This document shows, piece after piece, positions 35,050-48,385 of a DNA stretch of 64,000 nucleotides (within the stretch, counting starts at the first letter, position 1; every line of letters begins with the position of its first letter). The notes under the pieces are model-generated. The model did no database searches. It was not told where the DNA came from and saw nothing but the letters and a program-made list of their open reading frames with translations. Made by a program: the position numbers and the translations under genes. Source of the DNA: Squalus acanthias (Eukaryota); the NCBI GenBank assembly GCA_030390025.1, contig CM059432.1:21702001-21766000 (forward strand). Direction: 5' to 3'.

Positions 35050-37490
35050 TGACATCTCGTACAACCACACGGCATACATCAATCACTCCTATGGTGACTG
35101 ATGTCAGCAGCCAGTGAATTTTCATCATGTGCATTATGGTAACGTTACCCATTCTTAATACAACACTTCTAAATCATCACTTAAACTCTCCCACAGGTCC
35201 ATCAAATTCCCCCCACTGTCCAGCTGCAGGAGGAAGAGGACTCCTCAGAGGAACCTCCAGCCTCTTTGCAGACTTTGGCGGGGCCATCAGAGGCTCTAAA
35301 ACCCAGAGGACTTCTGCAAAAAGTGTCCAACCAGTCACAGCAGGGAAGTGAGCAGCCTGCCTCTATCTCTGCTGAATCCACAGGGGTTGCACCTCGTAGA
35401 AGCACTCAGAAAGGAAATAAGACACATAAGTAGATACACAAGGGTATGCACCATGTATGAAAAAATGTTAGTGTTAATTTTCAGTTATTTTGATGAATCC
35501 GATAAATGCACCTCTTTCTGGTCTTGTCCATTTTTGCCGGCTACCTGGGAAGTGGCTTTGTCACTTGGAGTGAATGGTGAGACATTACTTAACCTCGAGC
35601 ATTGGGGGTTTGGGTGAGAGGAATGGCTTGGTCATTGTAGGGATGCTTTATGGTGTTGTGGCAGAGGGGAGGGGGGACTTAGTACAGCATGTGGCAGCCA
35701 TATGGGTGCATTGGAGCAGGTTAAGTAAATCTGGCCATGATGAGGCCATCCCGGGCCTCCCGGGCAGCAATATGCGCTGCTGCTGGTGCCATCGGCACCT
35801 CAGGTTCCTCCTCCTCTTCTGCCTTGTCTTGCACTTGCTCCGCCTCCTCCTCTGATGATGATGAAGAGGCTCTGCGTTCTGTGCCTTGATCCTCCTGCAG
35901 CTCCAATCCCTGCTGCTGAGCTATGTTGTGCAGCACGCAGCAAACAACGATGATTCTGGAGACCCTGGCTGATGAGTACTGAAGGACTCCTCCAGATCTG
36001 TCAAGGCATCTGTAGCGCATCTTCAGCATGCCTATTGCTTGCTTTATGGTGGACACGTGGCTGTCATTATAGCGCTCCTCGGCCTCAGTACTTGGCGTCC
36101 TCAAGGGTGTCATCAGCCATGTCTTCAGTGGATAGCCCTTGTCTCCAAGCAGCCAGCGGGTAAGTCTGTTTGGAAGTGCGAAGAGCTGAGGGAGGGTGGA
36201 CTGGCGCAGCATGAAAGAGTCATGACAGCTGCCAGGGAATCTGGCACACACATGCATGATGATCTTTTCATGGTTGCAGATGTGCTGCACATTGAGGGAG
36301 TGGAAGCCCTTGCAGTTCACAAACACTCCTGGGTGATGACGTGGTGCCTTCATGGCCACATGTGTGCAGTTGATGATGCCCTTCACCTGTGGGTAGTCAG
36401 CCAGAGCCACAAAGCTGAGGCCCGCTCAGTAACATTGGCTTAATCAGTGGCAAAGTTGACATAATTGGCTGACTTGTGAAACATGGCATCGGTCACCTGG
36501 GTGATGCATCTGTGGGTGGCCGACTGTGAGATCCCTCAAATGTCTGCTGCAGATCCCTGAAAGGAGCCTGAGGCGAAGAAGTTGAGAGCAATGGTGACTT
36601 TGACAGCCACTAGTAAGGAGTGTCCACCAGGACCTCTGGGCAGCAGGTCTTGTTCCAGCGAGCTACAAATGTCTGCGATGACCTGGTGCAATAGGCTGAG
36701 CCTCCTGAAGCACTGCTGCTCAGTCATATTGAGGAAGCTCATCCCCTGCCTGTATACCCTGTGGTGGGGGTTTCTCCTCCAGTGTGCTGCAGCCCTGTGG
36801 TGCCCGCCTCTTTCCTGTGGAGCATCAGATCGTTGAGGAGAAGGCTGCTCTGGTGGTTGCTGCTGCTGTTGCGGCTGCTGGTGCTGATACTGCTGGTGCT
36901 GGGGTTCACCTTGGTCCGATTCTGAAGACCAAGGTGAGACAGTATAAGCAGCACCCATGCTGATGTAGTAGATGGCAGGTAAAATGGAGATGAGAGGGCC
37001 CATCTCTCAGTGTTGTGATAGTGAGTAGCAATATGGTGAGAGTGGCTTCCGAGGTTTCAGAAATAACCTGCAAACTGCTGACACCTATATCTGTGGACAA
37101 AACGGAGTCAGCAAGCGCCTTTCAAGGCAAGTAATGTGGGAGTATTTATGTGCTTCTCCCAGCTCTCAATGAATGAAATCGCCAATGGCCTCTGAACTCC
37201 CGCCTCCCCTTCACAGGCGAGGTTCCCGAGCTGCATGAATCCCATGCTCCTGCAGTAAAAGTCGAAAGCTGGTGTTAAAAACCTTCTTAAGGGTCTCTCA
37301 ACAAGCAGTTAATGACTTGAATGATGTTGCCCACCTCTGCCGAATGGGTTTGTGTCGCGCCTTCAAAGCCGCCTGAGTTAAATGTGTGAGGTTGTCGGTG
37401 GGTTCCCGATGCGCTGGGAATTTCGGGGATTTTTCCTCTGCCGACCCGCCCCCAAACCCGCATGCTTGGCAACGGGAAAATTCCAAAGCT
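35050..37490 (-). mobile_element. Harbinger transposon with a nearly complete but broken transposase and a deleted Myb-like gene
   Basis: ORFs 36536-37003 and 35721-36410 ([29 protein letters not shown]); 35060-35700 is homologous to 28700-30200 in inverted orientation. Confidence 0.88.
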
Positions 37491-38029
37491 ACAGTCCCAC
37501 TATCATAGCATCTATCTGCCTCTTAAATAATACAACAGCTAATTCTAGTACATTGCAAGAAAACATTGAGGTAGGAGGGAAATAAGGTCAATAACACAAA
37601 TTAAGGGTTTACATGACATGCATATATCATTCTTGGAGATGATTGGACCTTCTCAACCATATTATTGCCTTGAAACTACCACTGCCCTATTCAATATCTT
37701 ACATTTGAAATATGCAGCATTTATGATTCTCTTGAAGTCAATGGAAATAAAATCGGAAGAGATGTAAAACGGGTTGCTGGCTTGCTATCGGCCAAAGTCA
37801 AAATTACCCCCATTACTTTTCAAACTAGAGGAAAATTATACTAGTCTTTCATATAGAGTGATTTAGCAGATGGCAAAGACACTCAGTGAATTTTAGTATA
37901 TGTGATTAATTTGTGTCTCTCAGTATCCTGCATTTATCCTTTGATGCTAGTTTGATATGAGACTAACACGAGATGTGATATACGCTGTTCAGTGTTCCTG
38001 GCTAACTCTTGCAAAGTGTTTTTCACAAT

Positions 38030-38520
38030 GGGTATCAGCTGTGGCTCAGTGGTAGCACACTTGCCTGAGTCAGAAGGTTATGTGTTCTAAGTCCCACTCC
38101 AGGGACTTGCGCACATAAAGCTAGGCTGACACTCCAGTGCAGTGCCGAGGGAGTGCTGTACTGTCAGAGGTGCCGTCTTTCAGATGAGACGTTAAACCGA
38201 GACCCCGTCTGCTCTCTCAGGTGGACGTAAATGATCCCATGGCACTATTTCGAAGAAGAGGAGGGGAGTTATCCCCGGTGTCCTGGCCAATATTTCTCCC
38301 TCAACCAACATAACAAAAACAGATTATCTGGTCATTATCACATTGCTGTTTGTGGGAGCTTGCTGTGCGCAAATTAGCTGCCGCCTGTCCCACATTACAT
38401 CAGTGACAGTACTTCATTGGCTGTAAAGCGCTTTGAGACATCCAGTGATCGTGAAAGGTGCTGTATAAATGCAAGTCTTTCTTTCTTTCTGTCTTTCTTT
38501 CTGTCTTTCTTTCTTTCTAT
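38030..38520 (+). mobile_element. Deu-domain SINE, full length
   Basis: High identity to 1290-1745; (TCTT)n tail. Confidence 0.88.
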
Positions 38521-39380
38521 GTCACTCATCTGGGTACACATCAAACGTCTGGATCTTCTTAAAGGCCCTTTCAAAAAGCTTTGGGTCAGTTTAATGGTAC
38601 TAATCACACAAAACTAACAGCTCCCAAGAGAGATGTTTTAAATAGGTGTACTTATAGTAATAGATTGGCTAATTTGGAATAATGGTTAAAAACTTAGATC
38701 TTTCTAGTTGTTTTCATTGTATTATGCAGGCATTGCTGAAGGCAGGTTGGCATGGTGAGAGGAGTAGCAGAGATAATGATGCCCTTTCTGTTGCATCAGA
38801 AAGGTTTTTTTTACTGTTATTATTTTTCCAATATTAAAATCTTTGTTGTTCCATTGTCCAGAAATTGATAAACATAATTGTTTGCCCTTGCAAGTTCATG
38901 AACAGTTAACATTATGGGGTCAACTTGAACTTCTCTTATCTCCCTTGGCAGAAACCAGGCTGACTTCCTGGTCATTTTTGGTCAGGATGTCAGCTAGTGG
39001 CATGCTAATGAGGCCCGGCCATTAAAGTTGTCCGGGCCTCACTGTTTCTGCTTCCAGATGGGCTGGCCACTCGCTTTGCCGCGTTCCCGAGTTAAAATTG
39101 CATCTTGTGTGTCAACTGTTCCAGAAGTCAGTTCATTTTGAAATTCCATCAAAAATTCATACTTATCTTGTCAATGGATAGTTGACAGGAACTATTGGTA
39201 CAGGAATAATTTCAGAATTCAGAATTTAGAAACACTTGCACTAAGAAGCAGATGTTTTTATGGCACATCTCCGAATTGAAATTCAACTATTTAATGAAAT
39301 GTTAGGTTCATGGTGCAATATCTACCACTGTCCACTATTTACAAGTGAAATAGTACAGCTGATTTTATTTTGTTATATAT

Positions 39381-40135
39381 TGGCCCGGATTTTCCGGGGC
39401 CTATGACTGCCTACATTGTGTGTACGCTGCCGTAAGTGCCCCGCAAGTTCCGGGTTTCCGCATGCGATGCGCATGCGCAAAAATCCGGAACTTGCGATCT
39501 GTCAAGAATCTTCTTGACAGATTATCTGCATCCCTGGGAAATGAACATTCGCTGGCGGAGAGCTATTTGCCCAACTACTGCCCAACGAATGCCCATGAAG
39601 CTCTTACTCCTGGTAAAAGGCAGGCGTAAGGCCTTCTTTTACCAGCGTAAGGGTTTAAATAAATATTAAAATACATTTTTAAAAATCATTTTAACATTCA
39701 AAAATAAGTTTAGGTTATTTTTGGCTCCTTGAAAAATGTTTAAATTTATTTTTCAAAAAATTAATATTTAGTTTTAAATGTTTAATTAAATTGTATTTTA
39801 ATTAATTTTAAACATGCAATTTTTTTTATTTCAATGTAGTGTACATGTATTTTTTGGATGATTCCTATTATGGTTATGAGGATTCCGTACATAAATGGAA
39901 TCCCCATACGCCTAATGGGAATCCCTTTTCTGATTGGTTGGGCCGGCCCACGTGATCCCAGGGACACTTGTGAACCGCATGTGCCTCTGGGATACGTGGG
40001 CCTTTACACTGGTGTATGCGTAGAGACCCAGGAGCGCGAGTCTCCAAGGATCCAGAACCATCAGGTAGGTTCGTAGTTTTAATGTGGTTCGGAGGCATCC
40101 GCCCGCGAGAAGCCTCCGACCACAAATTCAGGCCC
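39381..40135. mobile_element. Harbinger-type MITE with AT-rich centre
   Basis: TIRs ggcccggatttt / aaattcaggccc. Confidence 0.7.
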
Positions 40136-40904
40136 ATTATTTCACAGTTGCTGTCCCTCTATTTTCGGCCTAGTTTTTCTCTTTGGGCCTTTCAGTACGT
40201 GTCTGAGGAAGCAAGAAGGTGAACAGCTTCCAGGCCTCCTACCTTGGCACACTAAATCTGAGGTTGGAAGGCAAGTGAAGCCAGCCAAGAGCCAACTCCC
40301 TCCTCTTCCCACCTGCTGCTTCTTAGGCCCGTTGTGAAGAAAGTGGATGCGCTGTGCCTCCTCACAGTGACGCAGCTGAGAACATAAATTCAGAAGGCTG
40401 GCAGAATTAAACTTAAGTCCAACCATTCTGATGATGTCATACATTGGTGACACAACACGGGACACCACTGTATTGCCCTGATTAATTGATCCTGGCATTC
40501 TCCTGACAAAATAGCTTGTCGAATGGCCTCCTTCTGTGCCGTTATGACTCTATGACTATGATTAAGCTCAATGGATAATTTGTATGCAGTAGGTACAGTA
40601 CTTTAGTTGTTAATAGAACAAGACATTGGGTTCATATATGTGTTGAAATATTTTCTGCTGTGGTAGGCTGGTTGGAGTTCTCCACTGAGTTGCTATAAAA
40701 TAAAACATTGTCTATGATGCTACATCCATTAAGATTCTCAAATATTTAAATTTTTGCTGATGCTACTCTAGTTGGGATGGTGAAGCAACGGTGTTGCAGA
40801 CATCAACCATTAGTTACTGAACCAAGTGTAAAATTGGTTGATTTTCTCGGCATATTTTAAGCCTTTCTATAGTAGAGCGTTTATTCAAGTGTTTGAATGT
40901 TTAC

Positions 40905-41025
40905 GATCGACCCGAAACGCTAACTTTGTTTCTCTCTCAACAGATACTGTCTAACTTGCTGAGTGTTTCTAGCATTTTCTGTTTTTTTTATTTCAGATTT
41001 ACAGCATCCGCTGTATTTTGCTTTG
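40905..41025 (+). mobile_element. Penelope family-1 3' terminal fragment
   Basis: Matches 47905-48020; includes the 3' half of the hammerhead. Confidence 0.7.
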
Positions 41026-41500
41026 CTGAATTATAGGTTATTTTCACTGTCTCTGAAATTGATCTCGATGCTTAACAGCTAATTGTTGCTGAAACTTTGC
41101 AGGCTGATTTGTTCAATGAATTACTTGCAATCAAATGTAGCAAGTAATATCTGATCTCTTGGCTCTCTTGCATTCCCAGAATCGTGGCAATTCCAAGTAC
41201 AAGGTTGTTTTGCTATTGGTGTTCAGTAACATTTGAGTTCTACTTTATATACTTGCTTATTTTGGTGATCTTTATTTCAGACCAGTGTGTAAACAAGCAC
41301 TTGTTGGTATTCTAAAAATAAAGAATTCCCAATTTTCCCCTCTCCTCTGCTGCATTACGGTTTCATTTATCCCTGAGAGGAGCACATTTTGGGCATTCAT
41401 TCCTGAGAGTTATGACAATGAGATTTGTATTTATCATAATCTTAGTGTATCAAAACACCTCAAAGCGCTTTACACATTGAATTACTTTTTAAAATACAGT

Positions 41501-41681
41501 GGGGGTGATTATGACTGGGTGATAGTGTAAAATGGGTGATATCGATTCAGCCGCCCATTATACATCTTTCCCGATTTTCATTTGCATTACCGACAGCATA
41601 ATGAAAATCAGGAGAGATGCGCAAAAGCGGCTGAATCGATAGTGTCCGTTTTACACTCGCACCCAAAATCAAAATAACCCC
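41501..41681. mobile_element. Hairpin MITE (about 180 bp)
   Basis: ggggtgattatgactgggtg...tcgattcagccgc pairs with gcggctgaatcga...cacccaaaatcaaaataacccc. Confidence 0.78.
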
Positions 41682-42284
41682 AAGTAATCAAAAAATCTTC
41701 CTGTCCATAAAACGGCTGTCATGTTTGCCTACATCACAGTGACTGTTAAACTGCAAAGTAATTCATTGTATTGAAGCACTTTGAGATGTTTCTGAGGGAC
41801 GTGCTAAGGTGCTATATAAATAGAATTCTTATACTCCATAGGATAGTTGCTCTTGCCATCTGGATGATATATTATGTACTGAGATTCTCCAAGCCCCTTC
41901 TGTTTACAGTTTGTTGGATTCAAAGCGCCCAGCTTAACCAGCTGTGCTTTTGTTTTGGGAGGTACATCCAGAAAATTGCTTTAAATACAAATGCGAGAGT
42001 ATGGCAGGGAGACACAGATAGAAGCTAGTCAAAGGTAAATTTAGGACTGAGTACAAGAGGTTCTTCACACCAAGTGCGATCAATACACAGAGTGGACATC
42101 CAGGCAGAGTTGTGAAGACTAAAAACTCTGGAATCATTTAACAAAATAAACTGGATGGGCAAGGACCGCCATCTAACGCCTCGGCTAACTGGCGCGTCAT
42201 CGTGCATAAGCCTGAGAAGTGGCTTGAAGCAGATTATTTAATCATGTGGGGCATCACAGTTAAGTCATACTACAACAAATACAA

Positions 42285-42597
42285 AAACAAAATACTGCGG
42301 ATGCTGGGAATCTGAAATAAAAACAGAAACTGCTGGAAATACTCAGCAGGTCAGGCAGCATCTGTGGAGAGAGAAACAGAGTTAACGTTTCAGGTCAACG
42401 ACCCTTCGTCAGAACTGGAAAAAGTTGGAGATGGAGCAGGTTTTTAAGCAAGGGTAGGGGCAGGGAAAGGGGGGAGGGGAGGAAAGAACAAAAGGGAAGG
42501 TCTGCGATAGGCTGGAAGGCAGGAGAGATTAAGAGACAAAAGGGATGGTGGTGCAAGACAAAAGGAGATGGTAATGGGACAAGTTAAGAAACAAAAG
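42285..42597 (-). mobile_element. Penelope family-1 3' UTR copy
   Basis: Reverse complement of 47715-48020. Confidence 0.88.
42380..42416 (-). ncRNA. Minimal hammerhead ribozyme motif, intact core
   Basis: Minus strand AGTT-CTGACGA-A-GGGTC gtt GACCT-GAAA-CGTT-AACT. Confidence 0.8.
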
Positions 42598-43493
42598 TTC
42601 TATCCTAGCCTGTCCTGATGTCCATATTTGTACACTTTGTATGCAGAGTCACTGGGTAGCAATCAGGATTGGTGATGGCGACTCTCATTGATTATGTATT
42701 TTTTTCCTCTCTCTAAACTGTATGTCATTACTGGCAGCCAGGTTGTGATTAGATAGCTCTGCAGAGAGCAGTGATCAAACCTAGAATCCTCCCAGTCTGT
42801 ACAGCTCTGGTCCACACTAAACAAAGCCTCCAACAACTGAGCCACAGAGGAAGCTCTGAGCTTGTGTTTAAAAACAAATGTTAATGAAAGGCTATTTTTC
42901 ATTGTGATTATTGAATGCTGCTTACAGATTTTCTGAGACCAAGCAGTTCAAAACTTGTATATTCCACTTCAAGTCTGATGGACTTGATTAAGAATGAGTC
43001 GGAAAAAAAACCCAGATTGTAATTTTTTACAGGGTTTCAAGACAGATTCAAATTAGTTTTGTGAGATGGTGACTCATAGCAGTCCACGGGTATACACAAC
43101 TTTTTGCAATTGAACAGAAGAATTGAAAGCTTACCATTCTTAATGGTCAAGATCGTTCAGCCTGACAGATGCCATTTAATGCAAAATGGCTAAGCTCCTG
43201 TATGAATCTTGATGGCTAAGCTATTAAAATTCATACTTTTTTCATGAACACTCTAGGTAGCGGATAATCATTTCAGCAGTTTACTGTAGTAGAATAGATG
43301 GTTACATAATAGATACCGCGGCTGCATAATTTTGCTCCCCAGACATAAAATTATCATCTAATTTAGTATTATTTATAAGGGTATTCTGACCCAATAGAAG
43401 AGAGTATTTTTCAGTAAAGTGCTCTTTGTGTGACATGTTAAATATTTGTGGTAAAGCTCTGTGCTCATGGGTAACAATCTTATAAATCTCCTT

Positions 43494-43712
43494 ACACAAT
43501 AGCAAAATACTGCAGATGCTGGAAATCTGAAATGACAACAGAAAATGCTGGCAACACTCAGCAGGTCAGGCAGCATCTGTGGAGAGAGAGACAGAGTTAA
43601 CGTTTCAGGTCGATGACCTTTCGTCAAAGGTCACAGACTTGAAACACTAACTCTGTTTCTCTCCACGGATGCTGCCTGACCTGCTGAGTGTTTCCAGCAT
43701 TTTCTGTTGTTA
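43494..43712. mobile_element. Fold-back insertion of two inverted Penelope family-1 termini
   Basis: Minus copy 43494-43626 joined to plus copy 43627-43712; 14-bp TSD TTATAAATCTCCTT at 43480-43493 and 43713-43726. Confidence 0.88.
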
Positions 43713-43869
43713 TTATAAATCTCCTTCTTGCTCTTACATGATGTGTAGCTGCAGTGCAAAATCTGATCGGCGTGATGGTGAGAATAATCAGTAATAAGCT
43801 GCTAAATTTGCCAGCTAACACAATGGTCTGAGCCGGAGCAGAACAAGCAGGCGAGGACTGGGAAATCAG

Positions 43870-44400
43870 ACAACAACAGCAACAACTTGTATTTATATAG
43901 CGCCTTTAACGTAGTAAAACATCCCAAGGCGCTGCACAGGAGTATTTTAAGACAACAAATTTGACACCGATCCACATAAGGATAAATTAGGGCAGGTGAC
44001 CAAAAGCTTGGTCAAAGAGGTAGGTTTTAAGGAGCGTCTTAGAGGAGGAAAGAGAGGTAGAGAGGTGGAGAGGTTTCGGGAGGGAATTCCAGAGCTTAGG
44101 GACGAGGCAACAGAAGGCACGACCACCAAAGGTTGAGCGATTATAATCATGGATGCTCAAGAGGGCAGAATTAGAGGAGCGCAGATATCTCAGGGGGTCG
44201 TGGGGCTGAAGGAGATTACAGAGATAGGGAGGGGCGAGGCCATGGAGGGATTGGAAAACAAGGATGAGAATTTTGAAATCGAGGCGCTGTTTAACCAGGA
44301 GCCAATGTAGGTCAGCGAGCACAGGGGTGATGGACGAACGGGACTTGGTGCGGGTTAGGACACGGGCAGCTGAGTTTTGGATGACCTCAAGTTTACGTAG
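43870..44400 (-). mobile_element. L2 3' portion
   Basis: LADLHWLLVKQRLDFKILILVF..PKLWNSLP; high identity to 9148-9680. Confidence 0.9.
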
Positions 44401-44699
44401 GTAAAGAATCGTTTCACCAGATCGCCATTCAAATCGCGCAGCACTAACCTACTTTACGCCAGCCTCAAGTGCCCGCGCATATACTGCACAAGGGTTTCAT
44501 TCCAATGTGGAAATCAATAAAGATGAGCTTAAAATTAGATTGGGCGCGATTCCCCAATCAGCTCATCAAATCGGAAATGTATGATGAAGACAAAGCACAT
44601 TCTGGGATAACAGGAACTGAGAACTTTAAAGCTGGTTGTTGGATTTCTCATTGCTGTAACCTAAATTTTTCAAATAGGTTTTAGATTGAATGTTCCTCG

Positions 44700-45530
44700 C
44701 TGAGATTTCTGGAGGTGAAAACATCAAATGTATGGATGGGCGAGAGGCATGTTCGCCTGCGCCAGAGATGGCGTGCTCCACCTGCCATTATCCACACAGT
44801 CGTGTCTACAGGCTCAAGCGTACCTACCTGGGAATGTCCAAGGATACCTATCTTGGCAGGCTCCGCTTCACCAGGGAGGCAGTGACTGAGTTATGCCATT
44901 TTCTGACCTGCAAACAATGGGATGGCACTGCCAGTCACAGTTACGATTACCACAAGCCTTTGTGCTTCTGGCTCATTCCAAGCTACTTCTAGGGACATCC
45001 GATAGTGCGCACAAAGATCGAGCAGTTGACTAATTTATTGTTTGGCAGGACAAGTGCCTTTCACATGGGAAATCAGCAGCAAACAGAACACAACGCATTT
45101 TTTCCACATAGCAGGCTTCTCCAAAATCTCAGGTGTAACTGATGGCCCCCATGTGGCCATCCATGCCCTTGCTGATAATCCCATGGTTCTTGTGAACCAC
45201 AAGGAGGTGCTGTTTTACAAAGTGCAGGTGGTCAATGATCATGACCACAGGACCGTGCAGGCCAATTCCCACTTCTCAGACAAGTCATGATTTCTTTATT
45301 TGAAGATAATTCTCTGTGCCTGGTTATTTGAAGGAGAAGCCAGACTGGAAGCGTGGCTTCTCGGAAACAAAAGGCTATCCTCCTCTGCCTAGCTCATGAC
45401 ATCCTTCTGCAGATACAGCAAAGCCCATGCAACCACCAGGATTGTACAGGATATTGAAGGCAACCTGAAGCACTTCTTCTGATGCCTTGTCAGATCATTG
45501 TTTACTGTTACATGCTACAGTATCGCCCAA
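44700..45530 (+). pseudogene. Old Harbinger transposase
   Basis: RVYRLKRTYL..RLRFTREAVTELC, AGFSKISGVTDGPHVAI and WLLGNK. Confidence 0.75.
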
Positions 45531-45654
45531 TGAGGTATTCATTGAGTGACTTATCTGCCAAAAGCTTGGCAGCCAATGTTCTGTAATTAGCATAAGTAAC
45601 ATACATTTAGAATACAAAGCATGTTAATATATTGTACATTTATGAAACAGTATT

Positions 45655-46480
45655 CATAGAATCATAGAAACTTACAGCACAGAAGGAGACCATTCAGACG
45701 GTCGTGCCTGTGCTGGCTCTTTGAAAGTGCAGTCGTGCTTAGTCTCACACCCTCGCTTTTTGTCCGTAACTCTGTAAGTTCCTCATCCTCAAGTACCTGT
45801 CCAACTCCCTTTTAAAATTATTTATTGAATCAGCTTCCACCACCTTTTCAGGTGGAGCGTTCCAGATCCCGATAACTCTCTGGGTGAAAAATGTCTCCCC
45901 CTCTCCCCTCTAGATCTTTTGCCAATGATTTTAAATCTATGACCTCTGGTTGTTGACCCACTCGCCCGAGGGAATAGTTTTTCCCTATCTACTCTATCAA
46001 AACCTCTCATCATCTTGAAACCCTCTATTAAGTCACCTCTTAACCTTCTCTGTTCCAATTTCCATTCTTTTATGACTCTGATGCTTGTCTGTGATTCTGC
46101 AGTGTTCTTAAATAGAAAAAAGTTGTACTTAATATGTTAGTGCGGTTAATAATATTAATATGTATATATATATTGCAGTATAAGGAAGAACTTACATCCC
46201 AAACTGGTATAATCCTTGTAAATCATTTTTGCACTTTCTCCAGTGCTTCTATATCCTTTTGTCTAATATGGAAACCAGAACTGTGCACAGTACTCTAAGT
46301 GTCGTCTAACCAAGGTTCAATATAAGTTTAACGTAACTTATCTGCATTTGCATTCTATTTCTCTAGAATGAACCTCAGTGCTTTGTTTGCACTTTTTATG
46401 GCTTTGTTAACCTGCGTTGCTACTTTTAATGATTTATGAAACTGTACCCTGAGATCCCTTTGCGCCTCTACCCCATTTAG
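45655..46480 (-). mobile_element. CR1 fragments
   Basis: [19 protein letters not shown] with tail at 45655; LEYCAQFW-like segment near 46280. Confidence 0.8.
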
Positions 46481-46647
46481 ACTCTTTCGGCTAAAACCAA
46501 AGAAAGCCAATAAAGTTGCTGGTGTCACCAGCAACTGGAGTTAATAGCCGCCGAAAATGTCCGCCACACTTAGCCGAGTAAATTTGTCTGGGGGGTTGGA
46601 GAATGGTGGCACAGCACTTACCTTGTGTGCAACGCCCTCCCGGTGGC

Positions 46648-48020
46648 ATTAAACCTGCTGACAAGGGTGGCGCTGTTGTTGTTTGGCAAACCGACCTCTA
46701 CCTAGCGGAGGCTGAACGCCAACTCTCTGACACCTCCTCCTACCTCCCCCTGGACCATGACCCCACTACCGAACATCAAGCCATCATTCCCAAGACTGTC
46801 ACTGACCACATCTCCTCTGGAGATCTTCCCTCCACAGCCACCAACCTCATAGTTCCCCAACCCTGCACAGCCCGCTTCTACCTCCTTCCCAAGATCCACA
46901 AACAGGACTGCCCTGGTAGACCTATCGTTTCAGCCAGTTCTTACCCCACGGAACTTATCTCTTCCTATCTCAACTCTATTTTTTCTCCCCTTGTCCAGTC
47001 TCTTCCCACCTACATCCACGACTCTTCCGACGCCCTCCGCCACTTTAACGGTTTCCAGTTTCCTGGCCCCAACCGTCTCCACCACCACCAAACACATCTT
47101 CCCCTCACCTCCCCTTTCAGCATTCCTTAGGGACCACTCCCTCCGCGACACCCTGGTCCACTCCTCTATCACCCCCAACACCCCTTCCCCTTCGCCCAGC
47201 ACCTTCACGTGCAAGTGCAGGAGATGCAACACATGCCCTTTTACCTCCTCCCTTCCCACTGTCCAGGGCCCCAAACAATCCTTCCAGGTGAAACAGCGAT
47301 TTACTAGTACTTCTTGCAATTTAGTGTACTGCAATCGCTGCTCACGATGCGGTCTCCTCTACATTGGGGAGACCAAACGCAAATTAGGTGGCCACTTTGT
47401 GGAACACCTCCGTTCAGTCCGTAAGGGTGATCCCAATCTTCCGGTCGCCTGTCACTTTAATTCTCCACTCCACTCCCACTCAGACCTCACCATCCTCGGC
47501 CTCTTACACTGTTCCAACGAACCTCAATGTAAGCTCGAGGAACAGCACCTCATCTTTCGATTAGGCACTTTATAGCCTTCTGGACTCAAGATCGAGTTCA
47601 ACAATTTCAGACCATAACCTCGGCCCCTATCTTTTTTTTTCCATTTTTTTTTCTCTCTCATATGGCAGCTGTCGATCATTCTGCCAGTGCCATTTAAACT
47701 TCATCTAGAGTCATCTTTTGTTTCTTAACTTGTCCCATCTCCTTTTGCCTTGCACCATCATCCCTTTTGTCTCTTAATCTCTTCTGCCTTCTATCCTATC
47801 ACAGACCTTCTCTTTTGTTCTTTCCTCCCCTCCCCCTTTCCCTGCCCCTGTACTTGCTCAAAAACCTGTTCCATCTCCAACTTTTTCCAGTTCTGACGAA
47901 GGGTCATCGACCTGAAACGTTAATTCTGTTTCTCTCTCCACAGATGCTGCCTGACCTGCTGAGTATTTCCAGCATTTTCTGTTTTTATTTCAGATTTCCA
48001 GCATCCGCAGTATTTTGCTT
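46648..48020 (+). mobile_element. Penelope family 1, internally deleted
   Basis: KPADKGGAVVV, FYLLPKIHK, GRPIVS; RT core deleted near 47080; GIY-YIG region in ORF 46991-47575; 3' UTR present. Confidence 0.9.
47889..47925 (+). ncRNA. Minimal hammerhead ribozyme motif, intact core
   Basis: AGTT-CTGACGA-A-GGGTC atc GACCT-GAAA-CGTT-AATT. Confidence 0.8.
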
Positions 48021-48024
48021 TCAC

Positions 48025-48385
48025 ACTTACCCTATATTGAAATTCATTTTCCAGTTACACACCCATTCTGTAAGTTTGTTAACATCTTCTTGTATTTTTT
48101 TGCACTCTTCCTCAGTATTTACTATACGCCCCAATTTGGTGTCATCTGCAAATTTTGATATTGTACTTCCAATTCCTGAGTCCAAATCATTTATGTAAAT
48201 GGTGAACAACAGTGATCCCAGCACCACTTCCCACCTTCTGCCAGTCTCAGTAACTACCTTTAACCCCTGCTCTGTTTTCTGTTTTGTAGCTAATTTGCTA
48301 TCCATTCTGCTACTTGTCCGCTGACTCCACACGCTCTGACCTTAGCCATGAGTCGACTATGCGTTATCTTGTTGAAAGCCTTTTG
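48025..48385 (-). mobile_element. CR1 RT fragment
   Basis: [22 protein letters not shown]. Confidence 0.85.

Noticed and set aside
35721..37003. Domesticated HARBI1 host gene
   Set aside because: The ORF is broken, the first catalytic Asp reads N (GIINCTHV), and related decayed copies occur in the same window.
43129..43200. Minus-strand donor ATG|GTAAGC with nearby acceptors
   Set aside because: All frames contain stops for both candidate acceptors.
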